A stretch of DNA of 64,000 nt from an uncultured Gemmatimonadales bacterium (lineage in GTDB: Bacteria; Gemmatimonadota; Gemmatimonadetes; Longimicrobiales; RSA9): contig OY970192.1 in NCBI GenBank assembly GCA_963708135.1, forward strand, positions 3,342,152 to 3,406,151, read 5' to 3'. Under the pieces are notes generated by a model, which saw only the letters and a program-made list of their open reading frames with translations, searched no databases and was not told where the DNA came from. How positions within the stretch are numbered: the stretch's first letter is position 1; each line of letters starts with the position of its first letter. The translations under genes and the position numbers were made by a program. Shown one piece after another: positions 55,609-64,000 of the stretch.

Positions 55609-55986
55609 TCAGTGCCGGCTGGCCGGGAGCTCGAAGGAGAGGGCGAGGTCGGGGTCCGTGAAGAGGGCGTCGTCGGGGTCGCAGAAGGCTCGCAGCGGGT
55701 GGCGGCGCAGCAGCCGCAGGAAGGCCGCGGCGAGGCCGTGGATCTCCACCTGCGCGCCCTCGGCCTGCTCGCGCTCGAGCGCGCTGGAGAGCATCTGCGC
55801 GCCGACCGGGTCGATCCCGTCGAGGCCGGACGCATCGAGCAGTACCCGCCGCACGCCCCTGCGGCGGCGCAGCAGCCCGGCGACCGAGCCGGCCAGCCCG
55901 GCGTCGAGGCGGCCGGAGATCCGGGCGGCCAGGGTGCCTCCGGAGAGGGCCACGACGGTGCAGACGGTGGGGTGCGAGCGCTTCAC
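55609..55986 (-). CDS. STAS-domain (anti-sigma-factor-antagonist-like) protein, 125 aa
   Basis: The pattern L.GRLD......V...L......[14 protein letters not shown] resembles SpoIIAA/STAS. This is a weak call. Confidence 0.5.
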   Translation of the reverse strand: MKRSHPTVCTVVALSGGTLAARISGRLDAGLAGSVAGLLRRRRGVRRVLLDASGLDGIDPVGAQMLSSALEREQAEGAQVEIHGLAAAFLRLLRRHPLRAFCDPDDALFTDPDLALSFELPASRH

Positions 55987-56064
55987 GGGGCGGAACCTCC
56001 TGCAAGGGATCGGGTCACGCCCGGAATCTGGGGCGGCTCCGTCACGTCGGGAGCCGGAGGTTCG

Positions 56065-57585
56065 TCACGCGTGTGTCACGGCCTCGGCGGGCGGAGCGGG
56101 CGCGGGCAGCCGCAGGCGGATGGTGGTGCCGCGCCCGAGCTGGCTCTCGGCGCCCACCTCGCCGCCCATGCTCTCGACCATGTGCCTCACGATCGAGAGC
56201 CCGAGCCCGGTGCCGCCCTCGGCACGCGAGCGGGCGGGATCCACGCGGTAGAAGCGCTCGAAGATGCGCGGCAGCGCGTCGCCGGGGATGCCGGAGCCGG
56301 TATCAGCGACCTCGAGCACCACGCACGCCGCGCCGGCGGCCACGCCACTCGCGGGCGCCGCGGCGCGCGCGGCGCGGCGGGCGGCGAGCAGGGTGGCGTC
56401 GCCGAAATCGCGCGAGACGCGCACCTCGATCCGCCCGCCGGGGGGCGTGTGCCGGAGCGCGTTGTCGAAGAGGTTGGTGAAGATCTGGCCTAGCCCGCGC
56501 GCATCGGCGAGCACGCGGGCGGGCGCGGCGGGCACGATGACCTCGACGTCTGCCTGCGCGGCCCGCTCGCGGAACGGCGCCCACGCGTCGCGCGCGATGT
56601 GCATGGCGTCCACCGGCTCGAGCTCCGGCCGCCAGCCGCCGGATTCCAGCCGGGAGAGGTCGAGCAGGTCGTCCACGATCTGCTGGAGCCGGCCCGCGTT
56701 GCGCGCGATGGTGTCGAGGAAGCGCAGGCGCGTCTCGGCCGGCAGCGCGTCATCCTCCATGAGCGTCTCGGCGTAGCCGCGGATCGAGGTGAGCGGCGTC
56801 TTCAGCTCGTGGCTCGCGTTGGCGACGAAGTCGCGCCGCACGCCCTCCAGCCGGCGCAGCTCCGTGAGGTCCACGATCACGACGGCGGTGCCGCCCGCCT
56901 GCGGCGCCGCCGCCGCGAGCGGCCGCGCCAGCACGAGCAGGCGGCGGGCGTCCCAGGCCACCTCGCGCGCCTCTGCGGCGCCGGTCCGGACCGCGTGCTC
57001 GAGCACCTCGCGCAGCTCCGCGTGCCGCACCAGCGACGCGATCGGCTGGCGCTCCGCCCTCGGGGGAAAGCTGAGCAGCGCTCGCGCCGCCGCGTTCGCG
57101 CGCACCACGCGCCCGTCCGGGCCGAGCTGCACGATCCCCTCCCCCACCGCGTCCACCAGCGACGCCATCTCCTCGCGCTGCCGGTCCGCCAGCGCGAGCC
57201 GCGCCCGCAGGTCGCCCGCCACCAGGGAGGCCGCGCGCGCGAGCGCGTTCAGCTCCGCGATCGAGGAGAGCACGGTCTCCGGGTGCCCCGCCCGGGCGCC
57301 GCCGTGCAGCGCCGCCCGCATCCGCAGCACCGTGCGCGAGAAGCGGCCGCCCAGGAACACGGCGGCCGCGACCGCGAGCGCTCCCCCCACGGCGGCGCCG
57401 ATCAGCATGGCGCCCCGGGTCGCGGCGACCATGTCCGCGATGGCGCGCGGCGAGAGGTCGAGCTGCGACAGGCTCGCGCGCAGCGCGATCCCCGCCGTGA
57501 CCAGCGCGGCCCCCGTCGCCGCCGCCCCGGCGAGGATCGTCCCCAGGACGAAGACGGTGCGCGCCCGCAGCGTGCGCGGCCTCAT
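56065..57585 (-). CDS. phoR: Sensor histidine kinase, PhoR-like (TM-HAMP-PAS-HisKA-HATPase), 506 aa
   Basis: H-box FVANASHELKTPLTSIRGYAETL, N box NLFDNALRHT, G boxes DTGSGIP and GTGLGLSIV. ATGA overlap with the response regulator gene. Confidence 0.85.
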   Translation of the reverse strand: MRPRTLRARTVFVLGTILAGAAATGAALVTAGIALRASLSQLDLSPRAIADMVAATRGAMLIGAAVGGALAVAAAVFLGGRFSRTVLRMRAALHGGARAGHPETVLSSIAELNALARAASLVAGDLRARLALADRQREEMASLVDAVGEGIVQLGPDGRVVRANAAARALLSFPPRAERQPIASLVRHAELREVLEHAVRTGAAEAREVAWDARRLLVLARPLAAAAPQAGGTAVVIVDLTELRRLEGVRRDFVANASHELKTPLTSIRGYAETLMEDDALPAETRLRFLDTIARNAGRLQQIVDDLLDLSRLESGGWRPELEPVDAMHIARDAWAPFRERAAQADVEVIVPAAPARVLADARGLGQIFTNLFDNALRHTPPGGRIEVRVSRDFGDATLLAARRAARAAAPASGVAAGAACVVLEVADTGSGIPGDALPRIFERFYRVDPARSRAEGGTGLGLSIVRHMVESMGGEVGAESQLGRGTTIRLRLPAPAPPAEAVTHA

Positions 57586-58298
57586 GCCCCGTCGCCTGGC
57601 GGGCGAAAGCGGTAGCCGAAGCCGCGCACCGTCTCGATCAGGGCGGCGCTCTCCCCGAGCTTCGAGCGGAGCCGTTGCACGTGCATGTCGACCGTCCGTG
57701 TCTCGATCCTGGCGTGGATGTCCCACGCCGACTCCAGCAGCTGCTGCCGGCTCTGCACCCTGCCACGCCGCTCCATCAGCGTGACCAGCAGCCGGAACTC
57801 CGTCGGCGTCAGGTCGAGCTCCCTGCCCGCCACCGTGGCGCGCATCGCGTTCAGGTCCACCGCCACCGCGCCCGCGCGGAGCACCCGCCCCGAGCCCGGG
57901 ACCGGCGGCGCCTGCGCCCGCCGGAGCACCGCCGCCACCCGCAGCACCAGCTCGCGCGGGCTGAACGGCTTGGTCAGATAGTCGTCCGCGCCGAGCTCCA
58001 GCCCCCTGATCCGGTCCGCCTCGTCGCGCCGCGCCGTCAGCACCACCACCGGCACCTCCGCGCTCTCAGAGCGCCGCCGCAGCTCCGTCAGCACCTCGAA
58101 CCCGCCGAACCCCGGCAGCATGAGGTCCAGCAGGATCAGGTCCGGCCGCTCGTGGGACACCGCCTCCAGCGCCTCCGCACCGCCCCCGGCCGTCCGTACC
58201 CGGTACCCTTCCTTCGTCAGGTGGAAGGCGACGAGGGCCGCGATGTCCCGCTCGTCCTCGACCACCAGCACCTTCGGCGACTTCGCCCCGGTTTCCAT
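57582..58298 (-). CDS. phoB: OmpR/PhoB-family response regulator, 238 aa
   Basis: Receiver domain (VLVVEDE...DLILLDLMLPG...K) plus winged helix (LT.TEF.LL..L.......SR..LL...W....RTVD.H...LR.K......I.TVRG.GYRF). AGGAG lies before the ATG at 58298. Confidence 0.9.
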   Translation of the reverse strand: METGAKSPKVLVVEDERDIAALVAFHLTKEGYRVRTAGGGAEALEAVSHERPDLILLDLMLPGFGGFEVLTELRRRSESAEVPVVVLTARRDEADRIRGLELGADDYLTKPFSPRELVLRVAAVLRRAQAPPVPGSGRVLRAGAVAVDLNAMRATVAGRELDLTPTEFRLLVTLMERRGRVQSRQQLLESAWDIHARIETRTVDMHVQRLRSKLGESAALIETVRGFGYRFRPPGDGA

Positions 58299-58447
58299 TT
58301 TCGCTCCTGAGTACCCTCCAGTCCGCCGCCCGCTCCCCCCCGGCCCGCCGCGCGCGTACACCGACTTCCGTACGGTGGAAGCATTACCGCGCCGGCGTCA
58401 AGCATTCGTCATGACGAGGTAACGGTTGGATCACGGAGGACGACGGA

Positions 58448-58632
58448 CGGGCACGGGCACGGGCAGGGGCACGTTCATGTCCACGTTGACGGGCACGGGC
58501 ACGGGCACGGGGGCGGGCATCAACTGAAGGCAGACACGGAAGGCAGGGGGCAGGTTCAAGGGCAGGTTCAAGGGCAGGTTCAAGGGCAGGTTCAAGGGCA
58601 GGTTCAAGGGCAGGTTCAAAGGCACGTTCAGG
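58448..58632 (+). repeat. Composite tandem repeats: (GGGCAC)n blocks at 58448-58520, then the 12-mer (GGCAGGTTCAAG) x7 at 58549-58632
   Basis: Read directly from the sequence. Confidence 0.95.
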
Positions 58633-58737
58633 TTTACGGGCAGGGATGGCGTGGCGTTACGGGGAATTTACGGGGGCGTCGCGGGGGAGTTGCGGGAGCG
58701 GGCGAGGTTTCCGGTGGACCCGGATGGAGGCGACCGG

Positions 58738-59253
58738 ATGATGACCCTGCTCCTGTTCCTCGGCGCCCACGACGAACGCGCACTGCACGCCCTGGTGCTG
58801 CGGCGGCGGCCCTGGCTCGACCGCGTGGTGCGCGCCGGGACCCACCTGGGGGACGCCGCCGTTACGATCCCGGCGGCGCTCGCGCTGCTTGCCAACCCGG
58901 CATGGCGCGCCGCGGGCGTGCCGGCGGCGCTCGCGCTCGCCGTTTCCCACGCGCTGGTGCAACTCCTCAAGCGCACGGTCACGCGCCCCCGCCCCCGCCT
59001 CCCCGTCGGCATCGCCTCGCTGATCGAGCCGCCGGACCGCTTCAGCTTCCCCTCCGGCCACGCGGCCGCCGCCCTCTCGCTCGCCCTCCCCCTGGCCGCC
59101 CGGCTGCCGCTCCCCGCCGCCGTCGCCGTCCTCGTGCTCGGCCTGGCCGTCGGCCTCTCGCGCTGCTACCTCGGCGTCCACTATCCCGGCGACGTCCTCG
59201 CCGGATGGCTCCTCTCCGCCGCCGCCCTCCTCGCCGGCTCCCTGCTCCACTGA
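58738..59253 (+). CDS. PAP2-family phosphatase (membrane), 171 aa
   Basis: KRTVTRPRP, PSGH and SRCYLGVHYPGD motifs. ATG at 58738 with GGAGG 7 nt upstream. Confidence 0.85.
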   Translation: MMTLLLFLGAHDERALHALVLRRRPWLDRVVRAGTHLGDAAVTIPAALALLANPAWRAAGVPAALALAVSHALVQLLKRTVTRPRPRLPVGIASLIEPPDRFSFPSGHAAAALSLALPLAARLPLPAAVAVLVLGLAVGLSRCYLGVHYPGDVLAGWLLSAAALLAGSLLH

Positions 59254-59293
59254 TCCAGCCCCGAGTCCCGAACGCCGAGCCCGGAGCCCGCCC

Positions 59294-60145
59294 CTATCCC
59301 ACCGCCCTCCCCCGCACCGCCGTCCACGACAGCGCCCGCACCGGCTCTCCCGTGTCCAGGTCCCTGTTCGGCAGCGTGTCGAGCCCGGCAGCCGCGTGGT
59401 GCGCCAGCAGCTCGGGGAAGGCGCGCAGATGGGCCGAGACGGCGGCGGCGAGACGTGGAGATGGTCGTACCGGGCCGAGGACGACGCGGACCAGGCGGGG
59501 CACCTTGCGCCCCGGCCAGGCCGGCGGCGGCGCTCCCGTCGCCAGGCGGCGCTCGAGCAGCAGCACGGGCCGGATGCAGCGGGCCAGTGAGCGTCCCGCG
59601 GCGAGGATCGTGCGCGCCGCGATGCGGAGGGCATAGACGTCGCGGAGCACCGCGGCGAGGAAGCGGGCCTCGAGGCTGCCGAACCGCGCTCCGGCGGCGG
59701 CCCGGCCGAGTGCGCCCGTCCCCGCCACGTAGCCGACCTCCAGCCCCAGCTCGACGCGCAGGTGGGCATCCTCGAAGGCGTGGGGGTCCGGCGGCACCCG
59801 GGCTTCGGCGCGGAGCAGCGCACGAGCGTCGGCGTTGACCACCGGGTGCAGCGCGCCGTCCACGAGCACGTGCGTGAGCCAGCCCCAGGCGTAGCCGCGC
59901 TGGACGTCGGTGCGCGCGCCATCGATGAGCGCGCGGCACAGGTCGCCGCTGTGGTGGGTGTGGACGAGATCGGAGAGAAAGTGCGCGCCGCCTGGATAGA
60001 GCCCCATGTCCGGGGCAAGGGCGCCGAAGAGGAACGCCCGCACCGCCCGCTCGTCGCCCGCGGCGAACGGCGCCGCGCGACCGCCGGCGCGCCACGCCTC
60101 CAGCAGCGCGGCCGCGTGGTGGAGGTGGACGGCGATCCCGGGCAA
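59294..60145 (-). CDS. Hypothetical protein, possibly of the zinc-dependent phospholipase C-like family, 283 aa
   Basis: The TTG at 60145 (7 nt after the upstream stop) gives (M)PGIAVHLHHA..., with His-rich motifs (HTHHSGD, WLTHVLVDGALHP). The family call is tentative. Confidence 0.45.
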   Translation of the reverse strand: MPGIAVHLHHAAALLEAWRAGGRAAPFAAGDERAVRAFLFGALAPDMGLYPGGAHFLSDLVHTHHSGDLCRALIDGARTDVQRGYAWGWLTHVLVDGALHPVVNADARALLRAEARVPPDPHAFEDAHLRVELGLEVGYVAGTGALGRAAAGARFGSLEARFLAAVLRDVYALRIAARTILAAGRSLARCIRPVLLLERRLATGAPPPAWPGRKVPRLVRVVLGPVRPSPRLAAAVSAHLRAFPELLAHHAAAGLDTLPNRDLDTGEPVRALSWTAVRGRAVG

Positions 60146-60152
60146 GCGCGCC

Positions 60153-61274
60153 TCAGGCGGCGACGGCGCGATCCGCGCGCGCCCGCACAAGGCGCGCGAC
60201 CGCGACCGCCGCGTCCGCCCGTCCGAGCGCGGCGGCGCGGGCCGCGAGCGCCCGGCCCGGCGCCGGCTCGGCGAAGAAGCGCCGGAGCATCGCCCGCAGC
60301 ATGTCGCCATCCGGGGCGGCGATGGCCGCACCGGCGCCGATGAGGACCGCCGCATTGCCCTCCTCGTGGCCGGGCACGCCGCGGGTCAGGATCAGCGGCG
60401 TGCCGACCGCCAGCGCCTCGCTCGTGGTGAGGCCGCCGGGCTTGGTCACGACCACGTCCGCGGCGCGCATGAGCCGGTCGATGTCCTTCACGTACCCGAG
60501 CGGCGTCAGCGCCGGGCCGGCCCGGCGCGCGACCAGCCGCCGCCGGGCCGCATCGTTGCGGCCGCACACCGCCAGCACCCGCAGCCCGGGCACGCCGGAG
60601 GCGAGGGCCGCGTCCACGGCCTCCTCGACGGCGAAGCCGAGGCCGCCTCCCATGACGAGCGCCACGGGCCCGCGCCGCTCGAGGCCCAGAGCCCGCCGGG
60701 CCGACTCCCGGTCCGGACTCGCCGCGAACCGCGCGGAAAGCGGGATCCCGGTGACGTCCACGCTGGCCGCCACGCCCCGCGCCCGGAGCTCCCGCGCCAG
60801 CGCCGGCAGCGCGACGAAGTACTGCGCCACGCCCCGCTGCACCCAGTAGCGGTGCAGCGTGAGATCCGTGACCACCAGCGAGAACGGAGGCATTCCCGGC
60901 CGCCCGGCACCGAGCTGGCACGGCAGGAAGTGCGTGCACACCACTGCCTCCCAGCGGCCCGAGCGGACCAGCCGCCGGAAGCGCCGGAACAGCACCCGCT
61001 GCGCCACCCCGCCCCAGGCGGCCGTGTCCGGCCCGCGGCCGTCCGTGCACGCGTAGATCTCCGCCCAGAGCCCCGGCGCCCGCGCCGCAATCAACTCGTA
61101 GCCGCCGCCGTACGCCGCCGCCAGCCAGCGCGGCGCGAGGGCCAGTATGTCCACGTGCTCCACCGGCCGCCCCGGCGACTCCGCCGCGAACGCCTCCCGC
61201 AGCGCCTCGCCCGCCCGCACGTGCCCGGTGCCCGCGCTGCCCGAAACAATGAGGATGCCTCGATCGGCCGTCAT
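60153..61274 (-). CDS. GT28-family glycosyltransferase (MGDG synthase / diacylglycerol glycosyltransferase-like), 373 aa
   Basis: ILIVSGSAGTGHVRAGEAL at the N-terminus and VVTKPGGLTTSEALA near the C-terminus. Confidence 0.8.
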   Translation of the reverse strand: MTADRGILIVSGSAGTGHVRAGEALREAFAAESPGRPVEHVDILALAPRWLAAAYGGGYELIAARAPGLWAEIYACTDGRGPDTAAWGGVAQRVLFRRFRRLVRSGRWEAVVCTHFLPCQLGAGRPGMPPFSLVVTDLTLHRYWVQRGVAQYFVALPALARELRARGVAASVDVTGIPLSARFAASPDRESARRALGLERRGPVALVMGGGLGFAVEEAVDAALASGVPGLRVLAVCGRNDAARRRLVARRAGPALTPLGYVKDIDRLMRAADVVVTKPGGLTTSEALAVGTPLILTRGVPGHEEGNAAVLIGAGAAIAAPDGDMLRAMLRRFFAEPAPGRALAARAAALGRADAAVAVARLVRARADRAVAA

Positions 61275-61487
61275 GGTCGCCTCCCCGGCTCCCGGTTCGT
61301 CCGCAATCTCGCCGGCGGCCATCACGGACGGGTCACGGTGCGGTAAAACGTTGCGCGGTCGAGCGGAAACGATCCCCCGAACCCCTGGCTCCCACCCGCC
61401 CCTCCGCTTACCTTGCCGCCGCCGCACGCGCCGCGGCCCGCGGGCGCCGCGCCCCGGTTCGCCCCCGCCACGGAGCCTCAGGCGACG

Positions 61488-61940
61488 ATGCTGCCGCACG
61501 CCTTCTTCCTCCTCGGCCTGCTCGCCACCTCCGCGGCCTTCGCGCTCCTCGAGATCCAGATCGAGGACGGCCACGGCTGGGCCGGCGCGCTGCCGACCTG
61601 GCGCTTCGAGAACCGCTGGACCCGCCGCTTCCTCGGCGCCCGCCCGATCACGGGCTACCACCTCTTCATGCACGTCCTCGTGCTGCTCCTCGCGCACCTC
61701 GCCTACTTCGTGGGCGTGCGGCCGATGCTCCGGCTCGAGGCGCGGATCCTCGCCTTCGTCATCCTGTTCTGGATCCTCGAGGACTTCCTCTGGTTCATCT
61801 TCAACCCCGCCTGGGGGCTGCGCCGATTCCGCCGCGCCGAGATCCCCTGGCACGCCCGCTCCTGGTGGTGGATCATGCCCCGGGATTACTGGATCTTCCT
61901 ACCCGTGGCGGGGCTGCTGTACTGGCTCGGCTGGCGGTGA
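61488..61940 (+). CDS. Hypothetical integral membrane protein, 150 aa
   Basis: Four hydrophobic segments, Trp-rich (FFLLGLLATSAAFALL, HLFMHVLVLLLAHLAYFV, ILAFVILFWILEDFLWFIF, YWIFLPVAGLLYWLGW). Confidence 0.6.
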   Translation: MLPHAFFLLGLLATSAAFALLEIQIEDGHGWAGALPTWRFENRWTRRFLGARPITGYHLFMHVLVLLLAHLAYFVGVRPMLRLEARILAFVILFWILEDFLWFIFNPAWGLRRFRRAEIPWHARSWWWIMPRDYWIFLPVAGLLYWLGWR

Positions 61941-62020
61941 GGGAGGGAGAGGGGGAGGGGGAGGGGGAGGGTGGGGATGCGGATTGGGGTGAGTACAGGG
62001 TGAGGGTGAGGGCGAGGGGG
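61940..62020 (+). repeat. G-rich microsatellite (GAGGG/GAGGGG/GTGAGG)n
   Basis: Read directly from the sequence. Confidence 0.9.
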
Positions 62021-62024
62021 GGAC

Positions 62025-62435
62025 TCAGCTCACACGCGCGGCCGCCAGCACGCGCTTCCACTGCTCGTCGGTGACGGGCTGCACGGCCACGCGCGGCATG
62101 CGGACGAAGCTCATCTGCGCGAGCTCGGGATCGGCCTTGAGCTCGGCGAGCGGGAGCGGACGGGGAAGGGCGGCCTCGGGCACGAGGTCCACGACCGCGC
62201 GGTCGGGGGCGGTGGGGTCGGGGTAGGGGCCGCGGGCGACGGTGGCGGTGCCGACGAGCGCCTTGTCGGGGGCGGTGTGGTAGAGGAGGACGGCGTCGCC
62301 TTCCTCGACCTTGCGCAGGTTCCGTTGCGCGGCGCTTCCGGCGATGCCGTCCCAGACGGCGCGCTTCTCCCGGACGAGCTCGGCCCAGCCGTAGCTCTTC
62401 GGGTCGGCGAGGAAGACCCAGCGCTGCGCGGCCAT
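62025..62435 (-). CDS. EVE-domain (PUA-like) protein, 136 aa
   Basis: The pattern WVFLADPKSYGW...W.GI....A.RNLRKV..GD.VL.YHT is typical of EVE/DUF55. ATGA overlap with the upstream gene. Confidence 0.75.
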   Translation of the reverse strand: MAAQRWVFLADPKSYGWAELVREKRAVWDGIAGSAAQRNLRKVEEGDAVLLYHTAPDKALVGTATVARGPYPDPTAPDRAVVDLVPEAALPRPLPLAELKADPELAQMSFVRMPRVAVQPVTDEQWKRVLAAARVS

Positions 62436-63769
62436 CAGGGGGCGCCCGCGGGGGTGGAGGGCGAGTGCGTCGCGGCGCCGTCGCCGTCGCCCCGCGCGAC
62501 CTCTCCGTCGCGCCCGGCTCCGTTGCCCGCCCCTTCCGCGTACTCCGCGCAGCAGGCGCGGACCTCGGCGTCGCTGAGCACGTGGTCGGTGCGCTTGGCG
62601 AGGTCGAACACGTGCTGGCAGAGGCCCTCGTCCGCGGCATCGAAGCCGTGCTCGGCGAGCCAGTGCTTGACGTTGGACATGCCGCTCACGTGGCTGATCT
62701 CGATGACCTGCCGGCGGCCGAAGAACGCGGCGGGCACGCCGGAGTAGACGCGGTCGGCCAGCCACTCGTCGCCCTTCTGGCGCGCCTTGATGATGGCGGC
62801 GGCATGGACGCCGGTGCCGGTGCGGAACGCGTCCGCGCCGATGACGGAGTAGCTCGGCGCGATCGGCACGCCGGTGGCGCGGGAGACGGCCTCGCAGTAG
62901 TCGGAGAGGCGCGCCAGGTCGTGGTCGTGGATGCCGAGCAGCTTGAGGTTCACGAGCAGCACGTCCATCTCGGTGTTGCCGACCCGCTCGCCGATGCCGA
63001 GCGCCGTGCCGTGCACGCGCTGGGCGCCCGCCTCGATGGCAGCCAGCGTGTTGGCGAGGCCGAGGCCGCGGTCGCGGTGGCCGTGCCAGTCGATCCCGAC
63101 GTCCTTCCCGGTCGGCGCGACGATCTCCTCGCGCACGAACCGGACGAGCTGCCGGACGCCCTCCGGGATGGCGTGGCCGACCGTGTCGGCGATGCAGATG
63201 CGCCGGGCGCCGCACTCGATGGCCAGCGTGTAGAGCCGCTTCAGCACCTCCGGCCGCGCGCGCGTCGTGTCCTCCGTGACGTACATCACCGGCAGCCCCT
63301 CGGCGGTCGCGAAGGTGACCGCGTCCTCCGTCGCCTGGAGCATCCGGTCCAGCGTCCAGCCTTCGGCGTACTGGCGGATCGGCGACGAACCGATGAACGT
63401 ACAGGCCTCGATCGGGATGCCGGTCTCCTGCGAGATGCGGGCGATCGGCTCCACGTCGGCGCGAACCGTGCGGGCCGCGCAGTTGGCGCCGATCGGCAGC
63501 CGGTTGCCAGCGATCTCCCGCGCCAGCGCCCGCACATCCGCGACGGCGCGCGGCCCCGCGCCGGGCAGCCCGATGTCCGCCGTGTGGATGCCGAGCGCGA
63601 CCATGAGGTTGAGGATCTCGAGCTTGGCCTCGATCGGCGGGTCGAGCACCGACGGCGACTGCATCCCGTCGCGCAGCGTCTCGTCGTCCAGCTCGATCCG
63701 CCCGACGCGCGTGTAGTCGAACGCGCCGGGCGCGCTGTTCCAGTCGTAGATCAGATCGTCGTGCTGCAT
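62435..63769 (-). CDS. 2-isopropylmalate/homocitrate synthase family (HMGL-like) protein, 444 aa
   Basis: DETLRDGMQS and HGHRDRGLGLANTLAAIEAGAQRVHGTALGIGERVGNT motifs. Confidence 0.85.
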   Translation of the reverse strand: MQHDDLIYDWNSAPGAFDYTRVGRIELDDETLRDGMQSPSVLDPPIEAKLEILNLMVALGIHTADIGLPGAGPRAVADVRALAREIAGNRLPIGANCAARTVRADVEPIARISQETGIPIEACTFIGSSPIRQYAEGWTLDRMLQATEDAVTFATAEGLPVMYVTEDTTRARPEVLKRLYTLAIECGARRICIADTVGHAIPEGVRQLVRFVREEIVAPTGKDVGIDWHGHRDRGLGLANTLAAIEAGAQRVHGTALGIGERVGNTEMDVLLVNLKLLGIHDHDLARLSDYCEAVSRATGVPIAPSYSVIGADAFRTGTGVHAAAIIKARQKGDEWLADRVYSGVPAAFFGRRQVIEISHVSGMSNVKHWLAEHGFDAADEGLCQHVFDLAKRTDHVLSDAEVRACCAEYAEGAGNGAGRDGEVARGDGDGAATHSPSTPAGAP

Positions 63770-63911
63770 GGCAGGCGGCTCCTGGAGGGGCGGGCATCGC
63801 CTTCGAAAGATGACCGGCGGCGCGTTACCTTGTCAAACGGGCGAGGCGCCTTTCGCGCCGCGGGAGCGACCCGCGGCCTGGGCGCCGCCCGCCGCCGGGA
63901 AAGGGATCGGG

Positions 63912-64000
63912 ATGAGCTCAGTCAGGGATCGGAGGCCGGACGCGAACCCCCTGGCCGCCCTCGAGGCGGACCCCGCCGTGGCGGAGGCCCGGCGCCTGGC
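63912..64000 (+). CDS. Possible 5' end of a gene running off the window
   Basis: ATG at 63912, open to the window edge with high GC3, divergent from the synthase gene. Too short to classify. Confidence 0.3.
   Translation, partial: MSSVRDRRPDANPLAALEADPAVAEARRL

Noticed and set aside
58431-58625. 64-aa minus-strand ORF translating as LNLPLNLP..., and similar PNPNPN, KPKPKP and GTGTGT repeat peptides at 48915..49181, 49426..50094 and 35157..35513
   Set aside because: These are translations of microsatellites with no start context and no non-repetitive domain.

Overview
High-GC bacterial chromosomal window (about 70%+ GC by eye, with strong GC3 bias). Gene content suggests a soil Gemmatimonadota-like or similar organism, but phylum cannot be proven from sequence alone. 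Many of the long ORFs in the six-frame track are off-frame or antisense artefacts of the GC content. I kept only ORFs with recognisable motifs, sensible starts or gene-to-gene coupling.

Core content:
- Secreted M1 and M14 peptidases and a NUDIX hydrolase.
- A BTAD/TolB-propeller regulator.
- A VOC protein, then a TauD-family dioxygenase translationally coupled to a 1490-aa Lhr helicase.
- A PLD-like protein.
- A tRNA-Arg / RNase P RNA / tRNA-Arg cluster.
- CBS protein, glutaryl-CoA-dehydrogenase-like ACAD and a large BNR/sortilin-like protein.
- VapBC, and an IDH/IPMDH - lipoprotein - enoyl-CoA hydratase - SDR run.
- phoB/phoR-like - STAS - pstB - phoU.
- PAP2 phosphatase, GT28 glycosyltransferase, and an EVE protein coupled to a LeuA-like synthase.

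Accessory content:
- A visibly lower-GC island (about 17.8-26.4 kb, possibly to 28.45 kb) carries a complete type I R-M system (hsdM-hsdS-hsdR) plus a DUF45/M48 metallopeptidase, an orphan membrane protein and a small lipoprotein.
- A HigB-toxin remnant sits at its left edge.

Most unusual items:
1. A minus-strand operon (30.96-35.02 kb) encodes a DyP-type peroxidase fused to a cytochrome P450, preceded by two paralogous unknown proteins. It carries two separate 1-nt frameshifts.
2. The intergenic repeat landscape is dense: an orphan type I-E-like CRISPR-like array, two dispersed element families present as inverted copies, G3N3 hexamer microsatellites bracketing a four-helix-bundle gene and the vapBC pair, and several other tandem arrays.
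3. A 128-bp chimeric relic joins a tauD fragment to an lhr fragment.

All functional calls rest on motif recognition by eye; no database search was run.
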